A model generated the notes under the pieces. That model had not been told where the DNA came from. It searched no databases and was given only the letters and a program-made list of their open reading frames with translations. The position numbers and the translations under genes are program-made. A stretch of 62,081 bases of DNA, filler included, from Globobulimina sp. (Eukaryota), in assembly GCA_003354225.1 (NCBI GenBank). It is 20 parts of 20 records of this genome, joined end to end, with 100 filler letters (N's around TTAATTAATTAA, not from the genome) between each part and the next. Parts side by side here need not be neighbours in the genome. Positions count along the whole stretch, not along the records: positions 1 to 3,011 come from PIVH01004029.1; positions 3,112 to 6,122 come from PIVH01004030.1; positions 6,223 to 9,232 come from PIVH01004031.1; positions 9,333 to 12,342 come from PIVH01004032.1; 16 more parts are not named here. The stretch is one strand, 5' to 3'. Shown here in pieces: positions 1-9,640 of the stretch. Every line of letters begins with the position of its first letter. Position 1 is the stretch's first letter.

Positions 1-5
1 AGAAA

Positions 6-1146
6 ATGAATAAAATATACAAGGAATGCAAAATTAATATACAAAACCAAAGAAATGAGAAAGCGATAAATCCATCAATGATATTATGCTCATATATTGA
101 ATGTAAATCATTATGGCAACAACAACAAAATACGTTGGATGATATTGCCGATGTTGGAAAGAAGTTAGCTGGAAAGAAACGAGGATTGCAAGTTATGTAA
201 CTTTTAATTATATACATAAATTATAAATAACTTCTACCCATAGGATTGCGTCAAAAATCATGAGGAGAAAGCCGCCGATAAACATAAGCATTATGAACAA
301 GTATTAAATAATTATAACCAAATCAATGAAAAACGCGTTAAATTGGAAGTTAAGTTAAAAATGAAATTACAAGATTTAAATAAATGCTGTGATGCAGAGA
401 ATAAATTACATGAACGTAGATGCAAATTATTGGACGAATCCAATACATTAGAGATTGAATTGACTGAATATAAAACAATATTGAACCATTGCAGTGCGTT
501 AATGAAAGAATATCGAGAGTTTGATGGTGTAAATGATCGCATCATTGCGGAGATGCAAACCTATTTTGCGAATCTGTGGATTGAATGTATGAAAACATGG
601 TATAAATGGAGCGCAGAGTCAATAGTTTGTTGGCTACGCTATTTGCGCGAGACCGGAAGCTTAGTGTTATGCGGAAGTATTGATTTGGAGAAGATATTAA
701 AGCAAATGAGAATGGGTAAAGTGGATGGCAATTCATTGGAGAATATTGATAAAAATGATTTAAAATCGGTTGGTTTTGAAATATTAAGTGATCGGCAAAG
801 AGTATTTAATCAAATACGGAAATTAATATCAAAGTATCCGAACCCAACAGCTTTTGAGGAGGAAGGTAAGAACAATGATGACGATACATTTGAAGTTAAA
901 ATACCAAATGAATTCTTATGTCCATTGAGCAATAAAATAATGGAAAACCCAGTGATAATATTTGATGAGTGTAGCTATGAAAAATCGGAAATTGAACAAT
1001 ATTTGAATAAATATAAACAATCACCAAAAACACAAAGAAAATGTGACGATGATGGCGGCGATATCTGGTTCCTTCCAAATAGAAAATTAAAACAAAAAAT
1101 TAATGCATTTTTGTCCGTATATCCGCAATTTCGCGTCCATCCTTAA
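6..1146 (+). CDS. Coiled-coil, SAM-like and U-box protein (putative E3 ligase); may be 5' partial; intron 192-243
   Basis: U-box motif IPNEFLCPLSNKIMENPVI..YEKSEIEQYL..SPKT..PNRKLKQKI and SAM-like VDGNSL..IDKNDLKSVGF..DRQRV. A GT..AG intron at 192-243 joins ORF 6-200 in phase to the 343-1146 frame. Confidence 0.8.
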
Positions 1147-1646
1147 GATTTGTTTCTGTGTGTTTTTTTATTAATTTACTGTGCCATTTATTTTTATAAT
1201 TCATTAATTACTGTCAGCATATTATGACAATATCTGACGTGAATTATTGTTGAGCCTTTGAATTATTGTTTTATATTACGAAAGAATCCTCACTGAAGTT
1301 TTTTTGGCTTGATATTTATTACCAGTGCTTATAATAATTGCTTATATAATTGGTGGATTTAAAGAATCGAAAGCAAAGTCACTAATTCAGTGCAATTTTA
1401 TTCGTCCCAGCAACGATATCAAGGTTTCTAAAAACTTTATGATATTAAAAATGGAGGTAATTATGTATTATATCCTTTTCTACATAAATATGATTGATAT
1501 AATTAAACATTTATTCGATTAGTCTAATAAATATAGACTGTAGACGGATAAAATAAGCTTTCAATTCAGTTAAATGCACTAATTTTTATGGAAACTACTG
1601 TAGTATGAAAGTAATAAAACACGGAAACACATAAATCGATGTTAAA

Positions 1647-2692
1647 TTAGTCTGTTTGATCTCCTGCCATTAAACAATTATCCAACTCTGGGGCTGATTG
1701 AGAGCTGCGACAATCAAATGCAACATCTTTCACTCTGGTCCGTACAGAGCAACATTTAGTGCAACATTTATGGCAAGTTGCACAGCAACAGAAATAAAAA
1801 TATAATGCAAAGTCAAAACTGCAGAAAATGCACCATGCGTTGATACAACAATCCAATGCCCAGCCCATCTGCCATGCGACTGATGCCACCCACAATGGAC
1901 GACCAGTAACATGGGCGACATGCATATAAAATTCGATACCAAATATCATAAAAAATAGTTGTGTTGATATTACACTAAAACTTGTTAACAGCGTTATTTT
2001 TGCGGTGATATGATTTATTTTCAAATATTTTTTCATGTTTGGATTATTATTTTCAAGGTCCAATCGGTGAAGATCGAAATTTAAATAAAATAATTTCTTG
2101 AGAAACAGCCACAAAATGCTTGATGTTAATATTAAATCGATGGTCGATGACAAACTAAATTCAATGATGACCATAAAGTTTTTAAATTCGAGTGTTGGCT
2201 GAAACACAACAATGATTGCATCGTTAATAAGTTCTAATGCCATAAATAACAGACTTTGCAACAAAATAAATATAAACTCATCAATACACATCAAAATATG
2301 GACGTACAGTACCTTAAAACATATAATATAATGTATACAGATGGAGGTGATGCATATTTTGTGTTTTGAAATGCTTGTTTGAGTCTTTGAATAAAAATTA
2401 AATATGTGAATGTTTGAGCAATTCGCCAGAGTCCAACCGATGTCAATCCAACAACCCATTCTTTGGTGGTGTCTGGCTGTTGATCTGCATCAAATAATGA
2501 CATTGTATATGCCGTCAGAAAACATGTCATGGAATATAACACAATCGCACATAGTGACAATATGCTTATTTGTTTAATAGACGAATAAATTCTGGAATCA
2601 GACATGTAATATATTGCTAATGTCATTGCTATAAGAAAACAAAATACGCCGCCTGACAAATGTGTATAACATATTGTTTGTTGAAGTTCCAT
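1647..2692 (-). CDS. Seven-transmembrane (GPCR-like) protein; intron 2254-2312
   Basis: A 59-nt GT-AG intron joins two overlapping hydrophobic ORFs (AG|T gives Ser). About 7 hydrophobic helices, TM3 ending FIQRL, Cys-rich tail. Confidence 0.7.
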
Positions 2693-2727
2693 TGTTTAAA
2701 TTATGTGTATCACTTCAGTCAGTTATA

Positions 2728-3011
2728 ATGGCAAGCAAAGTTATATCTGTTCAAAAAGCGAATTATATTATCAATGAACATCTTGAAAGATTTAGATACC
2801 CCAAACCAATATATTATAAGTCTTGTTACAAAAAATGGATCATATTATCAACACCAGCACAGATATACAACAATAAAAATGGCGTATATGCATACGATGT
2901 TTCAAATAATTTTTGGAGATTATTTTGTAAATATCCACGGTCATTAAAATTAAAAAAGTATCAACATGTATTAGATGAACAAAACAGTAAATTATATATA
3001 TTTGATAGAAA
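2728..3011 (+). CDS. Kelch/beta-propeller-like protein, 3' partial
   Basis: GVYAYDVSNNFW..KYP and KLYIF resemble Kelch repeats; the frame runs off the contig. Confidence 0.45.
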
Positions 3012-3111
3012 NNNNNNNNNNNNNNNNNNNNNNNNNNNNNNNNNNNNNNNNNNNNTTAATTAATTAANNNNNNNNNNNNNNNNNNNNNNNNNNNNNNNNN
3101 NNNNNNNNNNN
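3012..3111. other. Artificial contig linker (N44-TTAATTAATTAA-N44), first of 19
   Basis: The same 100-nt spacer with a six-frame stop also starts at 6123, 9233, 12343, 15453, 18563, 21673, 24783, 27892, 31001, 34110, 37219, 40328, 43436, 46544, 49652, 52760, 55868 and 58975. Contig lengths fall steadily from 3011 to 3007. Confidence 0.99.
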
Positions 3112-3113
3112 GT

Positions 3114-4502
3114 AATGGTGAACATAACACACCAGATCTCACTGACAGATTTATTATTGGTGCTGGAAATACATATAATATTCATGAAACCGGTGGGAAT
3201 TTCTATGTTGAATTAACAATAAACGAATTACCTTCACATACACATAAACTACAAAATGACTCAATTATTATTGAAGAAACTGACGACGAACATTATCATC
3301 AAATATTTGCTGAAGACATTACAATCTCATTTGACACCGGCCATTCACACCAGATATCAACAAACAATGTATCACTGTCTGGTGAACATTCACATTCATC
3401 CAATTACAACCTATCCAATGCCGGCGATCATATTCATAAAGTTGTGAAACTCGAGAAACGTTATTTTAATTTCAATCCAACCACTACGCCAACACATAAT
3501 TCATCCATTGCACCCACATCAAATCCAAGCATTGCACCAACAATTCTACCAAATGTGGAAATATCTGCATCAAACACAGCCAACCCAACCACAGATATCA
3601 ACACCGCTGATTATTCAATAGATTTCGAACTGGAAACACTTTCGATTAGCAATGGATTATCGATTGACTCCGTATCTAATCACGTCAGTTCATGCAGTTT
3701 GTCAATGAATGCAGCAGGGAATCACCAGCACGTTACAATAAACCTGGGAGGCGTTGGTGTATCAGATGTGCAGGGCCAACATGCGCACAGTGTCGGTGGC
3801 ACTTGTAATGGCGGCGCACATTCACATGGAATTAGTGGTAACTCGGATTTGGAGCTAAGTGATGTTTATACGACACAGAAAGGAGCGCATTTGCATGCTA
3901 TTGAGGGGAAATCGAGTGTTGATGGGATGCACTCGCACGAATTGTATGCTGTTTCAGATAGGAATGACGGACATAATCATATTGTTTACGGTCAAACTGA
4001 TTATGGTTCAGATAACCATACACATGAAGTTATATTTGGTGAGACAGAATTTGTTGGCGATAATCAGAAAATTAATATTGTAAATCCGTATTATTCATTG
4101 GCATATATTATAAAAACATCGAATGTTAGATATAGTTTTGAGAATTCTGCAGCTGACACAATGTTATCAAAAGAGAATGATTCAGTTAGTAATGCAGCCG
4201 TTGTCTTATCTGTACTCGCTGTGATAGCTGTAATTATATTGTGTGTGGTGTTGGTTTTAATGCACAAATCATATAAAAATGAGAACGCTGTGAATGAGTT
4301 TGGCGAACAACATAATATTGAAAATGAGAAGAAGTATAAAAAAGTTGAAAATATTGAGTTAGAAGCAATTAATACATGTGATATTGGTGAAGTTATTGAG
4401 AGAATTGATGATAATGTGATTGATAACATTGAAAATAATGTGGAAAATGATGGAATTGACACCGGTGATATTCAAAATATAATAAACTATTTGCATAATT
4501 GA
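3114..4502 (+). CDS. Phage tail-collar/HxH-needle-like protein with C-terminal TM anchor, 5' partial
   Basis: Frame is open from the contig start: NGEHNTPDLTDRFIIGAG..GG..ELTINELPSHTH, 12 HxH motifs, INIVNPYYSLAYIIK, TM helix AAVVLSVLAVIAVIILCVVLVLM, acidic tail. Confidence 0.8.
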   Translation, partial: NGEHNTPDLTDRFIIGAGNTYNIHETGGNFYVELTINELPSHTHKLQNDSIIIEETDDEHYHQIFAEDITISFDTGHSHQISTNNVSLSGEHSHSSNYNLSNAGDHIHKVVKLEKRYFNFNPTTTPTHNSSIAPTSNPSIAPTILPNVEISASNTANPTTDINTADYSIDFELETLSISNGLSIDSVSNHVSSCSLSMNAAGNHQHVTINLGGVGVSDVQGQHAHSVGGTCNGGAHSHGISGNSDLELSDVYTTQKGAHLHAIEGKSSVDGMHSHELYAVSDRNDGHNHIVYGQTDYGSDNHTHEVIFGETEFVGDNQKINIVNPYYSLAYIIKTSNVRYSFENSAADTMLSKENDSVSNAAVVLSVLAVIAVIILCVVLVLMHKSYKNENAVNEFGEQHNIENEKKYKKVENIELEAINTCDIGEVIERIDDNVIDNIENNVENDGIDTGDIQNIINYLHN

Positions 4503-4766
4503 TAAAATAATATTATTGCATTAATTCCCTTTAGTTTTTTGTTGTTTGTGTGTTGTGTTTATTGTTCGTGTGTTTTTTGTGTGATATTTTTATTAATCTT
4601 TCTTTTTGGAATATAATGGTATAATTTATTGGTTCAAATACCATCTTATTTCTAAAATGTCTTCTTTGCTGTTTTTTGAGAAATAAACTGTTTTTTGAAG
4701 TTATTTGTCTTTAAAACTTTTTAGTTCACAACATCGTAATTCTACATTGTATTAACAACCAATACA

Positions 4767-5822
4767 ATGGGTATTACTTCAGTCATAGCAACATTCACAA
4801 TTTATGCGTCAATTCCAAGGCTTCAATGTAAATGCCGCAGACAAATATTAATGCAAACACAACAATTGAACCAAAGCGGATTTGATTGGAGTTTGTATGA
4901 GAAACAAATGAAACAAACATTCAACAATTTCACTTTTTTAACACATTCAAAAGAGGCTCAGTATGAAGCATTATCGTATAAACAGTTTGGACAAAAAGCT
5001 TTTGAACAACAGTATGTGTTACAAGGTCGGCAGTACATTATTATCAGTATTGGTTCGTCCTCAACGCAAGCATTTATAGTTCGCAATGACATGCATCATC
5101 ACACAATTCAAGTGATTCCGAATAAATACTTATTGTACGATCTCCGTACAATTGGTGCTATGTTGGATAATCAACACAAGGATGTACAGCAGTTTTTGTT
5201 TAATGTAAAACTAATCCAACACGGTGTATTTGGGGCTACTCCGTCCAAAATTATTATGGTCAATGCAATTGGTTACGGTGTCAATGATATCCGTTCAAAG
5301 GAGGTTGGAGAGGAATGTATGAAACATAACAAACAGTTTTTGGATGTAGGTTATGGGACAAATGGCGCTCTAACTTCTGTGGACAAACCTGCGGCGAAAC
5401 TCATTCATCAAATACATAATGCTGCATATTCTCTGCAGTTAAAAGTGTACATTCAGCCAAGATTAGCACCAAAAATTGAGACATCATGGGCTAAATATTG
5501 GGCATTTACATTGGGAGAGAATGAGGGTGTTATTGATATTGGAGGTGGACAGAGTTTAAATGTATATTATAAAATTGCTAATGACACTATGTTACATGGA
5601 GAAATACCTAAAAAAGTAAAGCCAGATTCAGGTATCAATGAGTTATTCGATGGAAGCGGTGATATTGATGGATCGGAAAAATATGTAACGGATGAAATTG
5701 AACGGAGAGTACAAATCGCAATCGAGACACTTGAGATTGAGAAGAAACCGGACTTAAAGCGGTTTAAAGTGGGTCAAACTGGTAAAATGAGAGACGCATA
5801 TTATTTGAGTATGGACTTTTGA
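4767..5822 (+). CDS. ASKHA-fold (GDA1/CD39 or Ppx-like) protein, apparently circularly permuted
   Basis: Motifs LTHSKEAQYE, IISIGSSSTQ, ETSW, VIDIGGG and GQTGKMR. Confidence 0.55.
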   Translation: MGITSVIATFTIYASIPRLQCKCRRQILMQTQQLNQSGFDWSLYEKQMKQTFNNFTFLTHSKEAQYEALSYKQFGQKAFEQQYVLQGRQYIIISIGSSSTQAFIVRNDMHHHTIQVIPNKYLLYDLRTIGAMLDNQHKDVQQFLFNVKLIQHGVFGATPSKIIMVNAIGYGVNDIRSKEVGEECMKHNKQFLDVGYGTNGALTSVDKPAAKLIHQIHNAAYSLQLKVYIQPRLAPKIETSWAKYWAFTLGENEGVIDIGGGQSLNVYYKIANDTMLHGEIPKKVKPDSGINELFDGSGDIDGSEKYVTDEIERRVQIAIETLEIEKKPDLKRFKVGQTGKMRDAYYLSMDF

Positions 5823-5961
5823 TCTCAGACGTCAGGTTTATCAGAATTTTAATTTCAGATTCTTTTCAATTCCATGCTCTTTCAACGCATATGTGAGAAA
5901 TGATATATTCCATTAAATAGTAAACTAACACGTGAAGTTTTTTACATTGACAGTTTGCATA

Positions 5962-6122
5962 ATGTCGAAGAGATGTTGCAGTGAACTGGATAAGAGTTTA
6001 GAACCACCATCTAAGCGTCAAAAATTAATGGAGGAAGAAAAAGATTCAGAAAACGCAGAAAACGCAAATGATATTGAAACCGAGAAGAAATACCGAACAG
6101 TTAGCATCAACGAAGAATGCGA
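5962..6122 (+). CDS. Hypothetical protein N-terminus with NLS-like motif, 3' partial
   Basis: MSKRCCSELDKSLEPPSKRQKL; open to the contig end. Confidence 0.4.
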
Positions 6123-6222
6123 NNNNNNNNNNNNNNNNNNNNNNNNNNNNNNNNNNNNNNNNNNNNTTAATTAATTAANNNNNNNNNNNNNNNNNNNNNN
6201 NNNNNNNNNNNNNNNNNNNNNN

Positions 6223-6822
6223 GCTAAAAAAGTAGCACCGCACTCATATACCATTCGATCTGTGCAAAAACACAAAAACAAATATAATTTGATTGTATAC
6301 TATCAATCAAATAACAATACATAACATACCATGCACAGAGGTCACAGAGGTCACAGAGCTTTCAGTTGTAAAAAATGTACTAATTAAATTACAATGAATC
6401 TGCACTTCGTAGCTGCCCGTCGATCCAAATGATATCGGAACTATGCCTATGTAATAAATTCCATTCTGCATCATGGGAATGGTAAAATTTTCTCCATATA
6501 TCCAATTTCCTGCATTCTTGCATGACCCACACCAGTCACCACCATCACAATATTCATTTGATATGTCAACACCATTGGAATTTGTAACCACTAAGGCAAC
6601 ATCTGCGTCACTGTAACAATCATCAAACCTAACATCATATGCATCTGTATCATAAATATTGAATTGGTAATAATTAGTTGACTGATTTACAGAACCGATA
6701 ATTACATCACCACATGATACATTAATTGCATTTGATTTCAAGTCAATAACGACGTCCATAACAATGCATGATCGGATTTCAATGTTTATTATCAACATTA
6801 AGTACAGGACAGAGAAACACAT
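6223..6822 (-). CDS. Secreted or surface protein with PPC-like beta-sandwich, 3' partial with probable intron
   Basis: Signal-peptide-like N-terminus, YYQF..VRFDDC..GIYYIGI..GSYEVQIHC, Ser/Thr linker, GT donor near 6329. Confidence 0.5.
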
Positions 6823-6850
6823 GGCTTATGTGGATGACTAGTTCACTTCG

Positions 6851-6987
6851 TGAAAACCTTAAAATCAGTGTTATCTTCAAACTTTACGTTCCGTCGCTAT
6901 ACTACTTTTAGATAAAAGATATAAGATATTTTTTCCCTAAGATTCAGTATTCAATATAAATCAGATTGGTGTATTGGGTTCATGGAC
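6851..6987 (+). repeat. Diverged direct copy of the promoter and start region at 8916-8994
   Basis: TGAAAAYCTTAAAATCAGTGTTATCTT and AGTATTCAATAWAAATCAGATTGGTGTATTGGGTTYATGGAC occur at both sites. Confidence 0.8.
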
Positions 6988-7243
6988 ACATTTGCAATCA
7001 TTAATATTTATATAAGGTAATATTAATATTTATATAAGGACACATTTGAAATCATTTGTTTTCTTTCTTCATTGGGTTGGATTCACAAATGCAAAGAAAA
7101 CAAATGTTAACGCAAAATCGCAAATAGTATTTTACCCATATTGTACATATTCAGTAAAAATGGTTTCGTTTCTATTTTCTGGACATATTGGGTCTGGAAA
7201 CGCGAAGTAAAGCCACTTTTACTGTGTTTTATGGGTAAAATCA

Positions 7244-7406
7244 CAAACAAAAAATTTAAAAACAACCAAACAAAACAAAAAAAAATTAAAACGTACAAAT
7301 AAAAGATTAAAAAAAACATTAAAACGTACAACCAAAAAATAAGTAAGTAAGTAAGTAACAAACAAAAAATTTAAAAACAACCAAACAAAAAAACATTAAA
7401 ACGTAT
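7244..7406. repeat. A-rich imperfect tandem repeats in the 3' UTR of the 7TM gene
   Basis: ACAAACAAAAAATTTAAAAACAACCAAACAAAA twice, ATTAAAACGTA three times, (TAAG)n. Confidence 0.7.
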
Positions 7407-7427
7407 ATATAATAAGTTATTTTAATT

Positions 7428-8648
7428 TTATGCATCAGGCAATTCAGACTCCATTTTCTCGATAGTTGCTGTAACTGTCGACATCACGTTCTCTTTTGAA
7501 TGCTGTTGAGATTGTAATTCTATTTCTATTTCTGTGCTGCGGCCGATTGTTTTTCCTAATTCTGACGATCTATGATCTGGACCTATTTCATTTGTTTCCT
7601 TTTTAGTTTTCATAATCTTACAACAGCAGCTGCATGAATAATATTTCAAACAATGTGGAGAAATCACAAAACTTTGAACGCGAAAACAACGCATTTTTTT
7701 GTAAACCTTGCCATGGATGGAACACATCAATAAAACGCACCATTGGTTGATCATCGTATCAATAGAAACCCAAAAAGAAGCTAACTCGAAAAATGCCATT
7801 AATACCAAAAATGTTAATGTTGTAACCACTGCAATTATTGTCAATAAGGTATATCTGGCCAACGTTTGGCAGACTATTTGGTTTTTGGTCAAAGCATCAA
7901 CAACGATGTCATCGGATTTCGTTTTTGTAGAATCGCAGTCATTAATATTGTCAGAAGCTGTATTGTAAAGCAGAGTCGTTATTGACATTAATAATAATCG
8001 TCTCGTGAATAAAATTGATATGAAAATACCAATGAAGAAATCACCAACGACTAGAATTCCAAGACCATAAACTGCAACATTTGTAACACAAATATTGAAT
8101 TCAGGGGAATAGTAATGATTGCTTGTTATAATTGAAAGTATAGCGAGAAATATTAACCATACAATTAGTAATATTCTGGAGCTCAAAATTTTATATCTTT
8201 CAAACGCATACATTGAGCCATTAAAGACTGTAAACAATCTTTCTACAAACAAAAAATATAAACAAATTTTGGAGCACATATAGCTAATTGCCAGCATATT
8301 GCTCCATATATCGCATGGTATGAAGTTTGGTTTAAGTTGGAATGATGTGAATATAGCACCACATCGTTGAACTGCCAACATAAACATTGCTAAACATCCC
8401 AATCTACATACTTTACTACGAACAACTTTTTTAAACTTTTTACTTTTGGAGTTACGTTTATATAATATATAAAGATGGTAAATTAATAAGATTGAATTAT
8501 GTATTAAAGACAATATTTCCCCACAAGTTGCAATGATTTGAGATTCTTCGTATTGGGTTAACGAATGCTTCCACTTCGCACTCATTGTTAGTGTAATTTC
8601 AGTAAAGAGTTTTCCTTTCGACCAACTGACTGCTGACATCCATGACAC
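7428..8648 (-). CDS. Seven-transmembrane (GPCR-like) protein
   Basis: 406 aa, 7 hydrophobic segments, Cys at the TM3 start and in ECL2, FVERL at the TM3 end, Cys-rich tail. Confidence 0.75.
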   Translation of the reverse strand: MSWMSAVSWSKGKLFTEITLTMSAKWKHSLTQYEESQIIATCGEILSLIHNSILLIYHLYILYKRNSKSKKFKKVVRSKVCRLGCLAMFMLAVQRCGAIFTSFQLKPNFIPCDIWSNMLAISYMCSKICLYFLFVERLFTVFNGSMYAFERYKILSSRILLIVWLIFLAILSIITSNHYYSPEFNICVTNVAVYGLGILVVGDFFIGIFISILFTRRLLLMSITTLLYNTASDNINDCDSTKTKSDDIVVDALTKNQIVCQTLARYTLLTIIAVVTTLTFLVLMAFFELASFWVSIDTMINQWCVLLMCSIHGKVYKKMRCFRVQSFVISPHCLKYYSCSCCCKIMKTKKETNEIGPDHRSSELGKTIGRSTEIEIELQSQQHSKENVMSTVTATIEKMESELPDA

Positions 8649-8988
8649 TAATCAAAAGGCAACTTTTTCCCATGAAACTAATAAAAAAAACAGAAACCAT
8701 AAATATTAGCATTACAAATTACGACAAAATTATTTCATTTGCATTGTTTCACTTTTCCTTATCTTTCGGTGTTGCTTGGAGTGTGGCACCGATTCACATT
8801 TGTAACCTACATTTATTGTGTTCAATGAACTTTGAACACTATTTATTGACCTAAACTGCACTGCAGACACAACTATTGAGCTAATTTATTGTGGTGAGCG
8901 ATTAACTCCAAAAGTTGAAAATCTTAAAATCAGTGTTATCTTAAATACTTTTAGTATTCAATAAAAATCAGATTGGTGTATTGGGTTT

Positions 8989-9232
8989 ATGGACGTGGTC
9001 AAATGGCAAATTATTGGCAGTTTGTTTGTTGCAATGTATGCAACACTAACAACAATTAATCAAACAATTGTTAAAGGATCAGGCTTAAGCATTGCTCAAT
9101 GTGTATTGGGTAGATATGGAGTACAATTTATTTGTGCAACTTTATGGTGGAATATTAAAAAACCAGAAAAACCATATTTATTTGATTCACTAAACAATAA
9201 TACAACAGCGGAAATTCACAATTGGTACGGTG
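8989..9232 (+). CDS. EamA/DMT (SLC35G-like) transporter, 3' partial
   Basis: TM helix followed by IVK..LSIAQCVLGRYGVQF, matching the EamA helix 1-2 pattern. Confidence 0.5.
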
Positions 9233-9640
9233 NNNNNNNNNNNNNNNNNNNNNNNNNNNNNNNNNNNNNNNNNNNNTTAATTAATTAANNNNNNNNNNNN
9301 NNNNNNNNNNNNNNNNNNNNNNNNNNNNNNNNTATACAAAATAAAATGTTATTAGGGGTAACATGTTGTTATAAAATCTGAAAATGTAATAACGATATAC
9401 AAAAAAGATACGTTTTTGATTTAACAAATGTACATAATAAATAGTTAAAAACAACACAAAACTAATAAAAAAAGCTCATGCAACAAAAGACCAAAATACC
9501 GCAAGAAATAACAAAAAAAGAGACACAAACAGAGCAATCAAAAAATAACCGGCCAGAATTATAATTATACAGTACAATATATATTATATTTACAATCACA
9601 TCAACTGTTAACTGTACTGTTTATTTATTTAGTGGGCAAT

